Assembly (NCBI RefSeq): GCF_963921235.1
Contig: NC_086097.1
Location: forward strand, 230,146,001 to 230,210,000
DNA length: 64,000 nucleotides
Direction: 5' to 3'
Source: Mobula hypostoma
Lineage: Eukaryota
Part shown: piece after piece, positions 21,147 through 33,889 of the stretch
Numbering within the stretch: the stretch's first letter is position 1
Layout: each line of letters starts with the position of its first letter
Notes under the pieces: model-generated
Seen by the model: only the letters and a program-made list of their open reading frames with translations
What the model was told of the DNA's origin: nothing
Database searches by the model: none
Position numbers and translations under genes: made by a program

Positions 21147-23974
21147 CTATGTAGGGTTTGGAGTGCACGGTGCCTCGTGGGTACATCCATCGGTGGGTAC
21201 GGGGTCAATAGTCACCACGGAGTGTTCAGGATAGGGGCCCAGTGCTCCTGCGGGCGCCAGGTCGCGGATGGAGACCGTGTCCTCCCTCCCATCAGGTAAA
21301 ACCACATAGGCATACTGGGGGTTCGCTTGAAGTAAGTGAACCCTCTCGACTATCGGGGAGTACTTATTGCTCCTCGCATGTTTCTGGAGCAGCACTGGCC
21401 CCGGGAACGTCAGCCAAGTTGGTAGGGTGATCCCAGTGGTCGACTTTCTGGGAAATGAAAAGAGCCGCTCATGAGGGGTGGCATTGGTGGCCGTGCATAA
21501 CAGGGAGCGGATGGAGTGGAGTGCCTCGGGAAGGACCTCCTGCCAGCGGGAGACCGGCAGTCCCTTTGACCTGAGGGCTAAGAGTGTGGCTTTCCACACT
21601 GTGCCATTCTCCTTCTCTACCTGTCCATTCCCCCGGGGATTATAGCTCGTGGTCCCACTAGTTGCAATTCCCCTAGCCAGTAGGTATTGGCGCAGCTCGT
21701 CACTCATAAACGAGGACCCTCTGTCACTGTGGATATAGCATGGGTATCCAAACAGAGTGAAGAGCTTGCGCAGGGCTTTTATAACTGACGTGGTAGTGGT
21801 GTCGGGGCAGGGGCTGGTGAAGGGGAACTGCGAGTACTTGTCGATAACGTTAAGAAAGTACACATTGTGGTCGGTGGAGGAAAGTGGGCCCTTAAAGTCA
21901 ACACTCAGTCACTCAAAGGGGTGGGTGGCCTTGATGAGTTGTGCCTTTTCAGGTTGGTAGAAGTGCGGTTTGCACTCTGCGCAGACTTGGCAGTCCCTGG
22001 TCATCGTCCTGATCTCCTCAAGGGAGTAAGGCAGGTTCCGGGCTTTCATGAAGTGGAAAAGCCGGGTGACCCCCGGGTGGCAAAGATCTACATGTAGGGT
22101 GTATAGCCGGTCGATCTGCACGCTGGCGCATGCTCCCCGGGATAGGGCATCAGAGGGCTCGTTGAGCTTCCCAGGCCTGTACATGATGGCATAGTTGAAG
22201 GTGGACAGTTTGATTCTCCACCTCAGAATTTTATCATTTTTGATTTTGCCCCGTTGTTGGTTATTAAACATGAATGTGACTGAGCGCCGGTCAGTTAGCA
22301 GGGTGAACTTTTTGCCAGTGAGATAGTGCCTCCAGTGCCTTATAGCTTCCACTATGGCCTGGGCCTCTTTCTCTACCGCAGAGTGCTGAATTTCAGGGCC
22401 TTGAAGGGTACGGGAGAAGAACGCCACTGGTCTTCCTGCCTGGTTGAGGGTAGCAGCCAGCGCGAAGTCGGAGGCGTCACTCTCTACTTGGAAGGGAATG
22501 GCCTCATCCACCGCATTCATTGCTGCTTTGGCAATGTCCCCTTTTATGCGGTTGAAGGCCGCGTGGGCCTCAGCAGAGAGGGGGAATGTGGTGGATTTGA
22601 CCAGGGGGTGGGCCTTGTCTGCGTAGTTAGAGACCCATTGGGCATAATATGAAAAGAAGCCCAGGCACCTTTTGAGGGCTCTGAGGGTGTTGGGAAGAGG
22701 GAGTTCCAGCGGGGGGCGCATACGGTCGGGGTCAGGGCCAATGACTCCATTCTCCACGACACACCCAAGGATAGCAAGTCGGGTGGTCCCGAATACACAC
22801 TTGTCCTTGTTATAGGTGAGATTGAAAGCTTTGGCCGCATGGAAAAATTTTTGGAGGTTGTTGTCATGTTCCTGCTGGTCGTGACCGCAGATGGTGATGT
22901 TATCCAAATATAGGAACGTGGCCTTCAGTTGGCAATGGTCCACTATCCGGTCATTGCCCTCTGGAAGACAGATACACCATGCGTGACACCGAAGGGGACG
23001 CGCAGGAATTGATAAAGCCTGCCGTCCGCCTCGAAGACAGTGTAAGGGCGGTCCTCCGGGCGGATGGGGAGCTGACGGTAAGCGGATTTTAGTTCTATGG
23101 TCGAGTACACTTTGTACTGTGCTATCTGACTGACCATATCCGCGATGCGGGGTAGTGTGTAAGCATCGAGCGGCGTGAACCTATTGATGGTCTGGCTATA
23201 GTCCACGACCATCCTATTCTTCTCCCCGTTCTGAACAACCACCACCTGTGCCCTCCAAGGACTTGTGCTTGTCTCAATGACCCCCTCCCTGAGCAGCCGC
23301 TGCACCTCCGACTTAATAAAAACTCTGTCCCCCGCGCTGTACCTCCTGCTTTTAGTTGCCACAGATTTACAGTCGGGGGTCAGGTTGGTGAACAGCGGTG
23401 GGGGAGGGATCCTGAGGGTGGAGAGGCCGCAAGTGGTGTCGGTAGTGCGGCAGTTGGCATAGTGTTGGGTGGGATGTGCGGGTCAGTGTGTGTGTGTGGT
23501 CAGTAGCGGGGTATGTGACGTATCCCTACAAAACTGGGGATTTACGACAGTAATTGGTGGGAGGGGCCCATCATACTTCATTGTCACGCTTTTCAGGTGG
23601 CTCTGGAAGTCGAGCCCCAACAGCACAGGGGCACACAGTTGAGGCACAACCAGTAACGTAAAGTCTCGATATTCTGTGCCCTGCACCACTAGTGTCGCTA
23701 CACACCCCGCCTGGATGTCTGTTGTATGTGATCCGGAAGCCATGGTGACCCTCTGACTTACCAGCCGTATCATGAGTCCACAATGCTGCACCGTGTCCGG
23801 GTAGATAAAACTCTCCGTGCTGCTGGTGTCAAACAGGCAGCTTGTCCTGTGCCCCTCCACCAGGATGTCCATCATTGACCTTGCGAGCTGCTGGGGAACG
23901 CTTTGGTTGAGGGTCATGGAAGCCAGGGTTGGGTCGCTGTCTTGGTCCGGCGCAGTGGGGTGCCCCATGAGCAC
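21147..23974 (-). pseudogene. pol: Gypsy pol (protease, RT, RNase H, integrase), broken by frameshifts and stops
   Basis: Protease CLFDTSSTESF; RT SPWRAQVVVV, RVPFGV and YLDN; RNase H ESDASD..VAFFSRTL..EKEA; integrase H-x4-H..CQVC, IHSDRG and GNGQVEKEN. Confidence 0.93.
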
Positions 23975-24115
23975 CCATTGGTCGTAGGCGGTGGGAGGTG
24001 GTGCTGACCAAAATGGCCGCCCCCATGTCTCACACGTGGTGGCGGCGTGCAGGGAAGATGGCAGCAGGCAAGATGGCGACCCCCATGTTTCGCACGTGGT
24101 GCAGCTCGAACTCGC

Positions 24116-24899
24116 TCACGGTTTGGACTTACAGACCTTCGCGAAGTGGCCCTTCTCTCCGCAGCCGGAGCAGGTAGCTTCTTGGGCCGGGCAGCGTTTC
24201 CGGGGGTGTTTCTCCAGTCCGCAGAAGTAGCACTTCGCGGACTCGTGACTAGCGGCAGCCGAGGTCCATTCGCTGGTGAGTTGCGGGGACTTGCAACTGA
24301 CAGCAGCCAAGGTCGATTCACCGGCGGGTTGTGGGGTCCACGGCACCTACGAGGCCATCGGGGATCGCGTGCCTGGAGAGCCTCAGAGTTATGCAGAGCG
24401 GCCTCCAGTATGTCGGCCAGCTCGATCGTTGAACTTAAGGTAAGATCAGCTTTTTCCAACAGCCGCTGGTGCACATACGCTGACCTGGTCGCCGTGACGA
24501 AGGCATCTCTCACTAGGAGCTCTGCATGCTGCGCCACCGTCAGTTCCTGGCAATTGCAGACCTGCACGAGTGTCTGTAGGGCTCGGATGAATTCAGCACT
24601 TGGTTCCCCAGGCTGTTGTTGCTGTGTCGCTAAGCGGTGCCGAGCATAGACGCTGTTTATCGGCCGCAGGTATTGTCTTTTGAATGTGCTCATCGCACCA
24701 TCGTAGCTCGGCTGGTCTCTGATCAGCAAATAGACCCGTGGACTGACCCTGGAGAGTAGAACTTTGCGCTTCGCTACGGGGTCGGTCGCTTTAATCTCTT
24801 CTAGGTACGCTTCGAAGCAGGCCAGAGTTCGAAAACGTTTCCAGCTTCAGATGTTTGCAGATCGAGGTCTAATTTGTCGGGTCTTGGTGCATGTTCCAT
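24116..24899 (-). pseudogene. gag: Gypsy gag (frameshifted) with two CCHC zinc knuckles
   Basis: ATG at 24899 (MEHAPRPDKLDLD..); YARHRLATQQQQPGE; CYFCGLEKHPRKRC and CSGCGEKGHFAKVC. Confidence 0.85.
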
Positions 24900-24925
24900 G
24901 TTTTAAAATGTAGAGCAAATAAAAT

Positions 24926-25156
24926 TGAAGCACCTTCAATAACTCCAAAAGACTGAGGTTAGGTAAAATACCGAAAGGCTTTTATTCGCTGCACAATACG
25001 ACCTCCATGGTGAGTGTCTGCCCCCGGACTGAGGGGGAGGGGCAAGGCGAAACACCTTTATACAGGAACTGTGGGAGGAGCCACAGGGGCAGTCAGCAGA
25101 GGGGCGTGTCCAGACAGTTAACCCAGTTACAACATACATATATATGGTTTACCACA
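24926..25156 (-). repeat. Gypsy 5' LTR (231 bp)
   Basis: Minus strand TGTGGTAAAC...GGTGCTTCA; TATAAA at 25057-25062 and AATAAA at 24981-24986; a direct repeat of 20671-20900. Confidence 0.95.
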
Positions 25157-25919
25157 ATAAGCATTCAACGTTTTGGGCTGAGACCCTTCATCAAGACAGG
25201 AAAGGATGGGGGAAGAAGACAGGATAAGAAGGTGGAGGGAGGGGAAAGGGTACAAGCTGGAAGGTGATAGGTAAAGCCAGGTTAGGGGAATGAAGTGAAA
25301 AGCTGGGAGGTGATAGTTGGAAAAAGTAAAGGGTTGAAGAAGAAGGAATCTGATAGGAGATAAGAATGGACCATGGGAGAAAGGGAATGAGGAAGGGCAC
25401 CAGAGGGAAGTGATAAGCAAGTGAGCAGAAGGGATAAGAGGGGAGCCAGAATGAGAAATGGAAAAAGAGAGAAGAGGGAGGAAGAGAAATTACCAGAAGT
25501 TAGAGAAATCAATGTTCATGCCATCAGGTTCAAGGCTAACTGAGGTCCTAACTGTTATTCATATTTATCTGTTTTACAGGACTTTATCCTGTAGATAATA
25601 TCTAGGTTTGGTTTTGTTTGTTGGTGACTTTAGTCTTCACAATATCTCAAAAGTTTGCTGTAAAACTGTTACTTGAGTTCACTGTGTAGCAAAAACCATC
25701 CAAGACGAAACTAAATGATTAAATAGAGGTAACTTGCTCAATGTTTTGAGCACTTTTCACAGGTCACTTCAAACCTGGGGGATCAACATGGGAGAGTTTT
25801 CAAAGAACTATAAAAACTATCATACAGTGCTGGTGTCTCTCCTGTGACACCACACCTCTAACTTTCCTGGACCCCTTAAAGTTTCATTCTCAACTATTTG
25901 TTTCATTCCTTGTAAACAA

Positions 25920-26468
25920 TGTTGTGTTTTGGATTTTGGGCCCCTTATTTAAGAAAGGATGAGCTGACATTGGAGAGAGTCCTGACGAGGTTCACAAGAA
26001 TGATCCCAGGTATGAAAGGGTCAACATTTGAGGAGTGTTTGATGCCTCTGGGCCTGTGCTTACTAGAGTTTAGAAGAATGAGGGGGGAATTTCATAGAAA
26101 TCTATTGGATATTGAAAGGGCTAGATAGATTGGATGTGGAGAGGATGTTCCTAGAGTAGGGGAGTTTAAGACCTGAGAGGACTCCTTCAGAATAGAAGGA
26201 CGTTCCTTTTGACAGAGATCAGGAGGAATTTCTTTATGTGGAGAATCTGTGGAATCCATTGCTGCAGACAACTATGGAGGCCAAGTCTTTGGGTATATTT
26301 AAAGCAGGGGATAATAGGTTCTTGATTGGTGAGGGCATTGAGGGTTACAGAGGGAAGACAGGAGAATGGAGTTGAGAGAGATAATAAATCAGCCATGATG
26401 TCATGGAGGAGCAGACTTGATGGACAGAATGGCCTATTTCTGCTCCTATGCCTTATTGTCTTATGGTA
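25920..26468 (+). mobile_element. CR1 3' fragment
   Basis: Reads FWAPYLRKDELTLERV..LEFRRMRG; tail TCTTATGG. Confidence 0.85.
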
Positions 26469-27574
26469 TAGTCACCAAGTTAAACATACTGCACTTCCAT
26501 TGCTTTCAATTAAACCTTCCTCTTGAATTCCTGTTCCAAGAAGCTCAGTCTCCTAGTACCTCATTTTCATACCAGTGGAAAAAGCACTATGCTATCCACG
26601 GTAACTGGTGAATGGATTTGGAAAATGACTCTGTAATAAATTTGCACATCATTAAAAATTCCTAGGCCTCTGTTGGTGGAAATTTCTTACTATACAACAT
26701 GGACTAATTCAGAGGGATTTGATTGGTTATTAAAGCACTTTGAAATGCCCTAACATTGAGAAAGTTACATTTTGGGAGGAAGGACAAGGAGGCTGCTTGC
26801 TACTTGGAAAATAAGATTTAAATGGAAAATGGGGAGATAAATTTTAGAGTACTAGTTAAACAAATCACCAGTAGCACCGTAACAGATAATATCGGCATTC
26901 TGATGAAAGCTGAACTGCAATTCATTTCCAGGAGGAAGAACTCAAAAGTAGCAAAGTTATTTTAGATCTGGAATTATAAGTATATGAACCTTAACATCAT
27001 TCCTATAGTGAATTCAAAATAAACAGCTTTATTCATTGCAAAGTTAGAATGTGAAATTTATTATTTCAGATATACAGAGCCTATAGTAAAGAGTTCCACG
27101 TTATTGCAAGCTCTGAAATAGAGCTAATTACGCTCAAAATGCATAATTTTGTTCACCTTCAGACTGAAAGTTTTTGAGCTCTCTTGGTTAGCTTATCTGC
27201 TTTATATTGTCTGATAACTTGAAATCATACAGACCAGCCAGAAGCTTAGAGCTCATTGGATTCCACAATGGTTTCACACCATGGTTTCTTCAGAAAGCAG
27301 GCCATGGCAACAAACAAAAACGGTGACAAAATGCCCCCTTGTTCAATCTCCCAGGTGTCACCGTAAATACCAAGATGAAGAGCATACATTTTCTTCTCAT
27401 TAAAGTGAGTGGAATGAGGACTAAGTGTAGAATTGTTAGCAGAAAAGTTGTCAATCATCAGGTCTGCAAGCTTACAATCATACCTCACAGAATAGAGTTC
27501 TATTGACACGAGTGCTTGCAGAAAGAAACTCAGGATCAGAGAGCAAGTGCATGACCCATTGCTCGAGCTTCAAA

Positions 27575-28000
27575 AGGAGATGGAGCTCTAACTGCTAGTA
27601 ATTTCTCCCTCCTCCCTTCTCTTTTTTCCCATTTCCCAGGCTGGCTCCCCTCTTACCCCTTCTCTTCTCCTCACCCACCTATCACTTACTCCTCCTTCCC
27701 TTTCATCATGGATTCACTCTCCCCTCCTGTTTCTTCAGCCCTTTGCCTTTTGCACCAATCACCTCCCAGCTTCTATCACTTCATCCTCCACACGGGTAAC
27801 TGTCCCCTTGTCCGACTTCACGCACCATTTTCCAGCTTGTACTCCTTCCCCTCTTCCCAACCCCCTCGACACCTTCATGTTCTGGCTTCTTTCTTTTTCC
27901 TTTTCAGTCCTGATGAAGGATCTCGGTGTGAAGTGTTGGGTCTTTATTCCCTTACATGGATGCTGCCTGACCTGCTGAATTTCTCCAGTTACACACAAAA
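27575..28000 (+). mobile_element. Penelope-like terminal fragment with degenerate hammerhead (27905-27942)
   Basis: CT-rich tract, then CAGTCCTGATGAAGGATCTCGG and GATGCTGCCTGACCTGCTGA, as at 1021-1100. Confidence 0.8.
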
Positions 28001-28779
28001 ATGAAGTACCCTTGTACTCTACTGGGTCTATGTATTAGAAGAGTACAAATTATGATCAAATCGTGAACTTAAGACGTAGCCAGGTAATACGCAGGAGGAG
28101 GAAAGGGCATAGCGTAGATCAGGACCCTGTTTTCTAACGAATTTGTTAGCAATGAGATTTCACTGCATGCAAGTGAGAGTATGCTCAAGCTACTGTAAAT
28201 GCCTGTGCAAACCAATAGTAAAACCGACATGGATCTTTTCACTTTCTCAAAGTAAAATATTCAAAGGAAACCTAATTCATGTGTTCATAGAATGGTAGAT
28301 GCAGTTGCTTTTTGAAACTTTGAAATGCAGTCAGGTGCTTAGTACTCATCTGCCTTCCAGCTCAACAATCTCTTGGGTTTTCTTAGTTTCACTATATCCT
28401 TGTTTCCTTGATATTTCTGGCAGTCTTTGTATGTCTCTGTTCTTGAAGTCAGTTACAAAGTAATTGCCTAGCTCCTCTACCTTCCTTTCTCTTTACCAAA
28501 TTTCCCCTTTCCCTACCTATTGTAGTTCTTACAGTCTGATTTTATATTTCTCACCAGCCTACGCTCTGCCTTTTTATCAGTTAGTTGGACCTCTCAAACT
28601 CAGTTCCAAGGTACACCCTGATGCTAAAGTCTACTGCAACTCTTGGTAACTTTATAAACCTCGTTCTTTGATATAATGCTGCTTTTAATTTCTTAAGTCG
28701 GCCACAGATGAATCATTTCTCCCTTTTGTAGCTTTTATGCCTTCATTCTTCCTTCAATTTTATGGATTCTTACTTTGAA

Positions 28780-29175
28780 TATAAGACCAAAAAATATAGG
28801 AACGGAATTAGGCTATTTGGCCAATCCATTATGACTGGTTTATTATCACTCTCAACCCAATTCCCCTGCCTTCTTCCTGTACCCTTTGATGCCCTTACTG
28901 ATTAAGAACCTATCAACCTTTAAATATACTCATTAACTTGGCCTTCACAGCCATTTGTGCCAATGAGTTTCACAGATTCACCACTCTCTGGCCAACAAAA
29001 TTTCTCCATACCTGTATTCTACTCTATTCTGAGGCTGTGTCCTCTGGTCTTGGACTCCCCCACTCTAGGAAACATCCTCCCCATGTCCTCTCTATCTAGG
29101 CCTTTCAATATTCAATAGGCTTCATTGAGACCCCCCCTCATTCTTCTAAATTCCAGAAACTACAGACCCAGAGCA
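28780..29175 (-). mobile_element. CR1 3' fragment
   Basis: Homologous to the other CR1 3' ends. Confidence 0.8.
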
Positions 29176-29529
29176 AATTAATTTGATATGCCAAGATTTT
29201 AATTTTGGTTTTCAATTTTACCCAACAGTATCCAGAAACAGATAATACCCCAGTAATCAAACTAGCAATGTTATTCTTGACAAGACTAACCAGCTCAAAC
29301 TAATGATAGGTATTTGGATCCAAGATAACTGGTGACCAGGGACTCAGATATCACACCATCAAAACAATAATTTGACAATTGGTAACAAAATGATAGCAAG
29401 AGTTCCTGGTGGTTCTGAAATTAAACAAAAAGTCACAGGGAATATACCTGTAACCATTAGTATTCCACAGGGATCAGTGCTACGACTTTTGTTGTTTGTA
29501 ATATATGTGAGTGGTGTGGATGTGAGTAT

Positions 29530-32500
29530 TTGACCATAAGACCAAAAAACATAGGAGCATAATTAGGCCATTCAGCCCATCGAGTCTGCTCCTCCATTTC
29601 CTCATGGTTGATCCATTTTTCTCTCAACCTCATTGTCCTGCCTTCTCTCCATAACCAGTCATGCCCTGACAAATCAGGAACCTATCAAGGACTCCTTAAA
29701 TGCACCTGATGAATGGGCCTCCACAGTCACTTAGGGCAAGAAATTCCACAGATTCATCAACAGAAGAAATTCCTTCTCATCTCCATTCTAAATGGACATC
29801 CCTCTATTCAGAGGCTGTGGCCTCTGGTCCAAGATACCTACCACTATAGGAAACATCCTCTCCACATCCACGCTATCAATGCCTATCAACATTTGATAGG
29901 TTTCAATGAGATCCCCCCTCATTCTTCTAAATTCCAGTGAATAAAGGCGCAGAACCAACAAATGCTCCTCACATGATAACCCTCTCATTCCTGGAATCAT
30001 TCTTGTGAATCTTCTCTGAAACCTCTTTAATATCAACACACCCTCTCTTAGGTAAGGGGTCCAAAACTGCTCACAATACTCCAGATCTTTATAAGCCACA
30101 CCAGTGCCTTATAAAGCCTCAGAATACATTCTTCCTTTTATATTCTAGTCCTCTTGGAATGAATGCTAACATTGCATTTGCCTTCCTCATCACAGAGTCA
30201 ATCTGTAAATTAATCTTTAGGGAATCCTGCACGAGGACTCCCAAGTCCCTTCACAGCTCATATTTTTGTATTTGTTCCCTGTTTAGAAAAGTCTCCGCTT
30301 TTATTCCTTCTATCAAAGTGCATGGCCACACACTACCAGACACTGTCTTCCATCTGCCACTTCTTTGCCCATTCTCTTAATCTGTCTAAATCCTTCTGCA
30401 GCTTCCCTGCTTCCTCAACACCAGTTGGCTCTTCACCCATCTATGCATTGTCTGCAAACTTGGCAAAAATCTCTGTCATCCAAATCACTGACGTACAACT
30501 TAAAAATAAGTGGTCCCAATGCTGACCTCTGCAGATCACTACTAGTCACTGGAAGCCAATCAATCAGCCAACGTTCTATATATCCTAGTATCTTTCCTGT
30601 AATACCATGGGCTCTTATCTTGCTAAGTAGCCTCATGTGCGGCACCTTGTCAAAGACCTCCTGAAAAATCCAAGTAAACAACATCCCCTATCTCTCTTTT
30701 CTCCATCCTGCTTGTTATTTCCACAAAGGATCCTAACAGATTTGTCAAGCATGACATGAATTTCCCTTAAAGAAACCATGCTGACTTTCTCCTTTTGTTA
30801 TCATGTGCCTCCAAGTACCCCAAAACCTCATCCTTAACAATCGACTCCAACATCTTCGCAACCACTGAGATCAAACTAACTGGTCTATAATTTCCTTTCT
30901 TCTGCCTCCCTCCCTCCTTGAAGAGAGGAGTGAGATTTTCAATTTTCCAGTCCTCCAAACCGATGCCAGAATGTAGTGATTCTTGAAAGATCATTACTAA
31001 TGCCTCCACAATCTATTCAGCTATCTCTTTCAGAACCCTGGGATGTAGTCCATCTGGTCCAGGTGACTCATCGACCTTCAGACCTTTCAGCTTCCCAGGC
31101 ACCTTCTCCCTAGAAATAGCAACTATAATAACACTTCTGTCCTCCTCCCCCCCGACACTCTTGAATATCTGGCATACTGCTAGCATTTTCTACAATGAAG
31201 TCTGGTGCAAAATACTTATTCAGTTCCTCTACCATTTCCTTGTCCCCCATTACTACCTCTCCAGCATCATTTTGACTAGCTTGCCTCCATATTTCATTGT
31301 TCCATCCTTATGACTTTTTTAGTTTTCTTCTGTTGGTTTTTAAAAGCTTCCCAATCCGCTAACTTCCCACTAATTTTTGCTCTATTATATGCCCTCCCTT
31401 TTGATTTTATGTTGAGTTTGTCTTCCCTTGTCAGCAATTGTTGCCTCATCCTGCCATTAGAATACTTCCTCTCTGGCATGTATCAATACTATACCTTCCG
31501 AATTGCTTGCTAAAACTCCAACCATTGCTGCTTTGGCGTCATCCCTGCTGGTGTCTGTTTCCAAGCAACTTTGGCCACCTCCTCTTTCATGTCTCTGTAA
31601 TTCCATTTACTACACTAGAATACTGATACATTCAACATTAGCATCTCCTTCTCAAATTGTAGGGTGAATTTATGATGATGATTATGAAGACACGTAGTCC
31701 TCTTTTACTGTCATTTAGTAATGCATGCATTAAGAAATGATACATTATTTCCTCTGGTGTGATATCACAAAACACAAGACAGACCAAGACTGAAAAAACT
31801 GACAAAACCACATAATTATAACATATAGTTACCACAGTGCAACAATACCATAACTTGATGAAGAAGTCCATGAGCACAGTAAAGTTCAAAGTTTCTCAAA
31901 TGTCCCGCATCTCACGCAGACGGGAGAAGGAAGAAAAACTTTCCCTGCCATGCCGACCACAATCCGACTCTGAGTCATCCGAAAACTTCGAGCTCTGATC
32001 AGCTCTCCGACACCGAGTACTGAGCGCCATCTCTGTCCGAACGATTCAACCTCCTTCTTGGTTGCCAAAAGCATGCAAGGCCGGGGATTTTGAGGCCTAC
32101 CCCCCGAAAGATTCCCCACCACACAGTAACGACAGCAGCGAAGAGACGTTTCAGAGATTTCTCCAGATGTTCCTCTGTGCTTTCACGTCCATTTTCCATC
32201 AAATCAGAATTGTCCACGGCCCCTATTTAACAGATACGATATCATTTTTCACCGGAGGGCTGCGCACACGCAGGCACGCCGCCATCTTCTCCTGTATTAT
32301 GATCATTGTCTCCTAAGGTTTCCTTTATCTTAAGCTCGCTAATCAAATCCAGTTCATTACACAACACCCAGTCCAGAATAGCTGATCCTCTGGTGGGCTC
32401 AACCACGAGCTGCTCTAAAAAGCCATCTCGTAGGCATTCTACAATTTTTCTCTCTTGGGATCCAAAATCAGCACCAACCTAATTTTACCAATCTACCTGC

Positions 32501-32640
32501 ATATTGAAATCCCCAATGACTATTATAACATTGTCCTTTTGAGATACATTTTCTATGTTCCATTGTCATTTGTAGCCCACTTCTGGGCTACTGTTCAGAG
32601 GTCTGTAGATAATTCCGATCAGGGTCTTTTTTCTCTTGCA
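29530..32640 (-). mobile_element. Long decayed CR1 (endonuclease to 3' end), interrupted at about 31677-32296
   Basis: Reads LEYCEQFWTPYLR, FDKVPHMRLL and GNYRPVSLISVV, with endonuclease remnants to about 32640. Confidence 0.9.
31677..32292 (-). mobile_element. Short non-coding retroposon (non-autonomous LINE derivative)
   Basis: Minus strand begins GGAGAAGATGGCGGCG, has a CpG-rich 5' half and AT-rich 3' half, and ends in an (ATC)n tail; it splits the host CR1. Confidence 0.65.
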
Positions 32641-33889
32641 GTTTCATAGCAGTTGGTTTTCAAGATGACATGAAGATTGATGGCACTGTTGATGGAGTGG
32701 AGGGTAATTTTTGACTACAGGTTGATATTGATGTGTTACTGAAATAGAACGTAGTATAGCACAGTACAGCCTCTTCGTCCCATATGTTGTGCCAGCCCAT
32801 TAACTTACTCCAAGGTCAATCTAACTGTTCTCTCCCACATAGTCTTCCATTTTAAATGTCCCTAAATGACCTGTTCTCCCTGAAGCTGGGAAGGTTAAGA
32901 AGGGACATGATTGAATTATGTCAAATTTGTGGCGTACTGAGTGGGTAGACTGCAGGAAACTATTCCCTGCATCAGGTGGGTAAAACCAGAGGACATAGAT
33001 TTAACTTAAGAGGGTTTAGAAGAGATATAAGGGGTACTTTTTTTTCATCTATAATGCCTACCTGAGAGAGCGATGGAAGCGGAGTACTAGTCTAGTTGAG
33101 CACTTGATTGGGCAACAGGCCACGTGCTGGAAGATGGGAGTAGTTGCATTGGCTCTCGCTAGTTGGTATGGATGTGGTGGGTGGAAAGACCTACTGCTTG
33201 ACGCTATTCTGAAAAATGAGAAGAATCCTAAGTAAGCTCTTACCACAGCGTAGTTGGTTGCTGGCCATTGATACCAAGACAACAGCTCTGCCAATTCTTG
33301 GAAATCTCAAATGTTTTACTCATTTCTGGCAGAGTTTAATTACCAGATTCCCAGGATATTGTTCATGTTCCCTGACTCTAGAGGAAAAACAACCAAACAA
33401 AGTTTTCAAAACTGGGAGTGATGAAAATACTCCCAAGAGTTAAGATCCATCTCTAGTTCCAGCTTTACTCAGTGGCGCCAAGTAAGTGTAAAATTTTGTG
33501 ACTAACTTTTAAAAAAAAACTTTCTTTTATCATTAACTGGGTTTATTTTGGAAATAGTTGGTTTCAACTCATGTTTGTGAGGCAAGTAAGTGATTTGCAT
33601 GGATCTTGCATATTGTTATCAGGTTACCTTGGGCATAGAGTTAGTGTAGCAACTTACAGCAAGCCATACTTATGTTTAAATCCTTAATTAAATATTTTAA
33701 TTAGAGATACAGGATAGTAAGGCCATTCCAGCCCAGTGAGTCCACACCACTCAATTACACCCAATATGACTAATTAACCTACTAACCCGTACATCTTTAC
33801 AATGTAGAGGAAACCATTCTGGAGGATCTGAAAATAAAAACAGCTGGTTATTACCACTATGCAAATATTTATGTAAATATAACAGTCCA

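Larger units (their letters stand above)
20380..25156 (-). mobile_element. Ty3/Gypsy LTR retrotransposon, complete structure but frameshifted
   Basis: TG...CA ends; TSD ATAAG at 20375-20379 and 25157-25161; domain order gag-PR-RT-RH-IN; polypurine tract (PPT) next to the 3' LTR. Confidence 0.95.
20333..25540 (-). mobile_element. Penelope-like 3' fragment split by the Gypsy insertion (20333-20379 and 25157-25540)
   Basis: CTGGAGGAACTCAGCAGGTCAGGCAGCATC..GAATAAG rejoins CATTCAACGTTTTGGGCTGAGACCCTTCATCA, in the same order as the uninterrupted copy at 58325-58425. Confidence 0.85.

Noticed and set aside
24011..24327. Two pairs of imperfect ~35-48 bp repeats in the Gypsy gag region
   Set aside because: Only two units each and within a coding linker; ordinary internal duplications, not a CRISPR-like array.
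27246..27509. 87-aa minus-strand ORF, and a possible AG..GTGAGT exon on the plus strand, in unique DNA
   Set aside because: No recognisable protein; all three plus-strand frames hit a stop before the donor.
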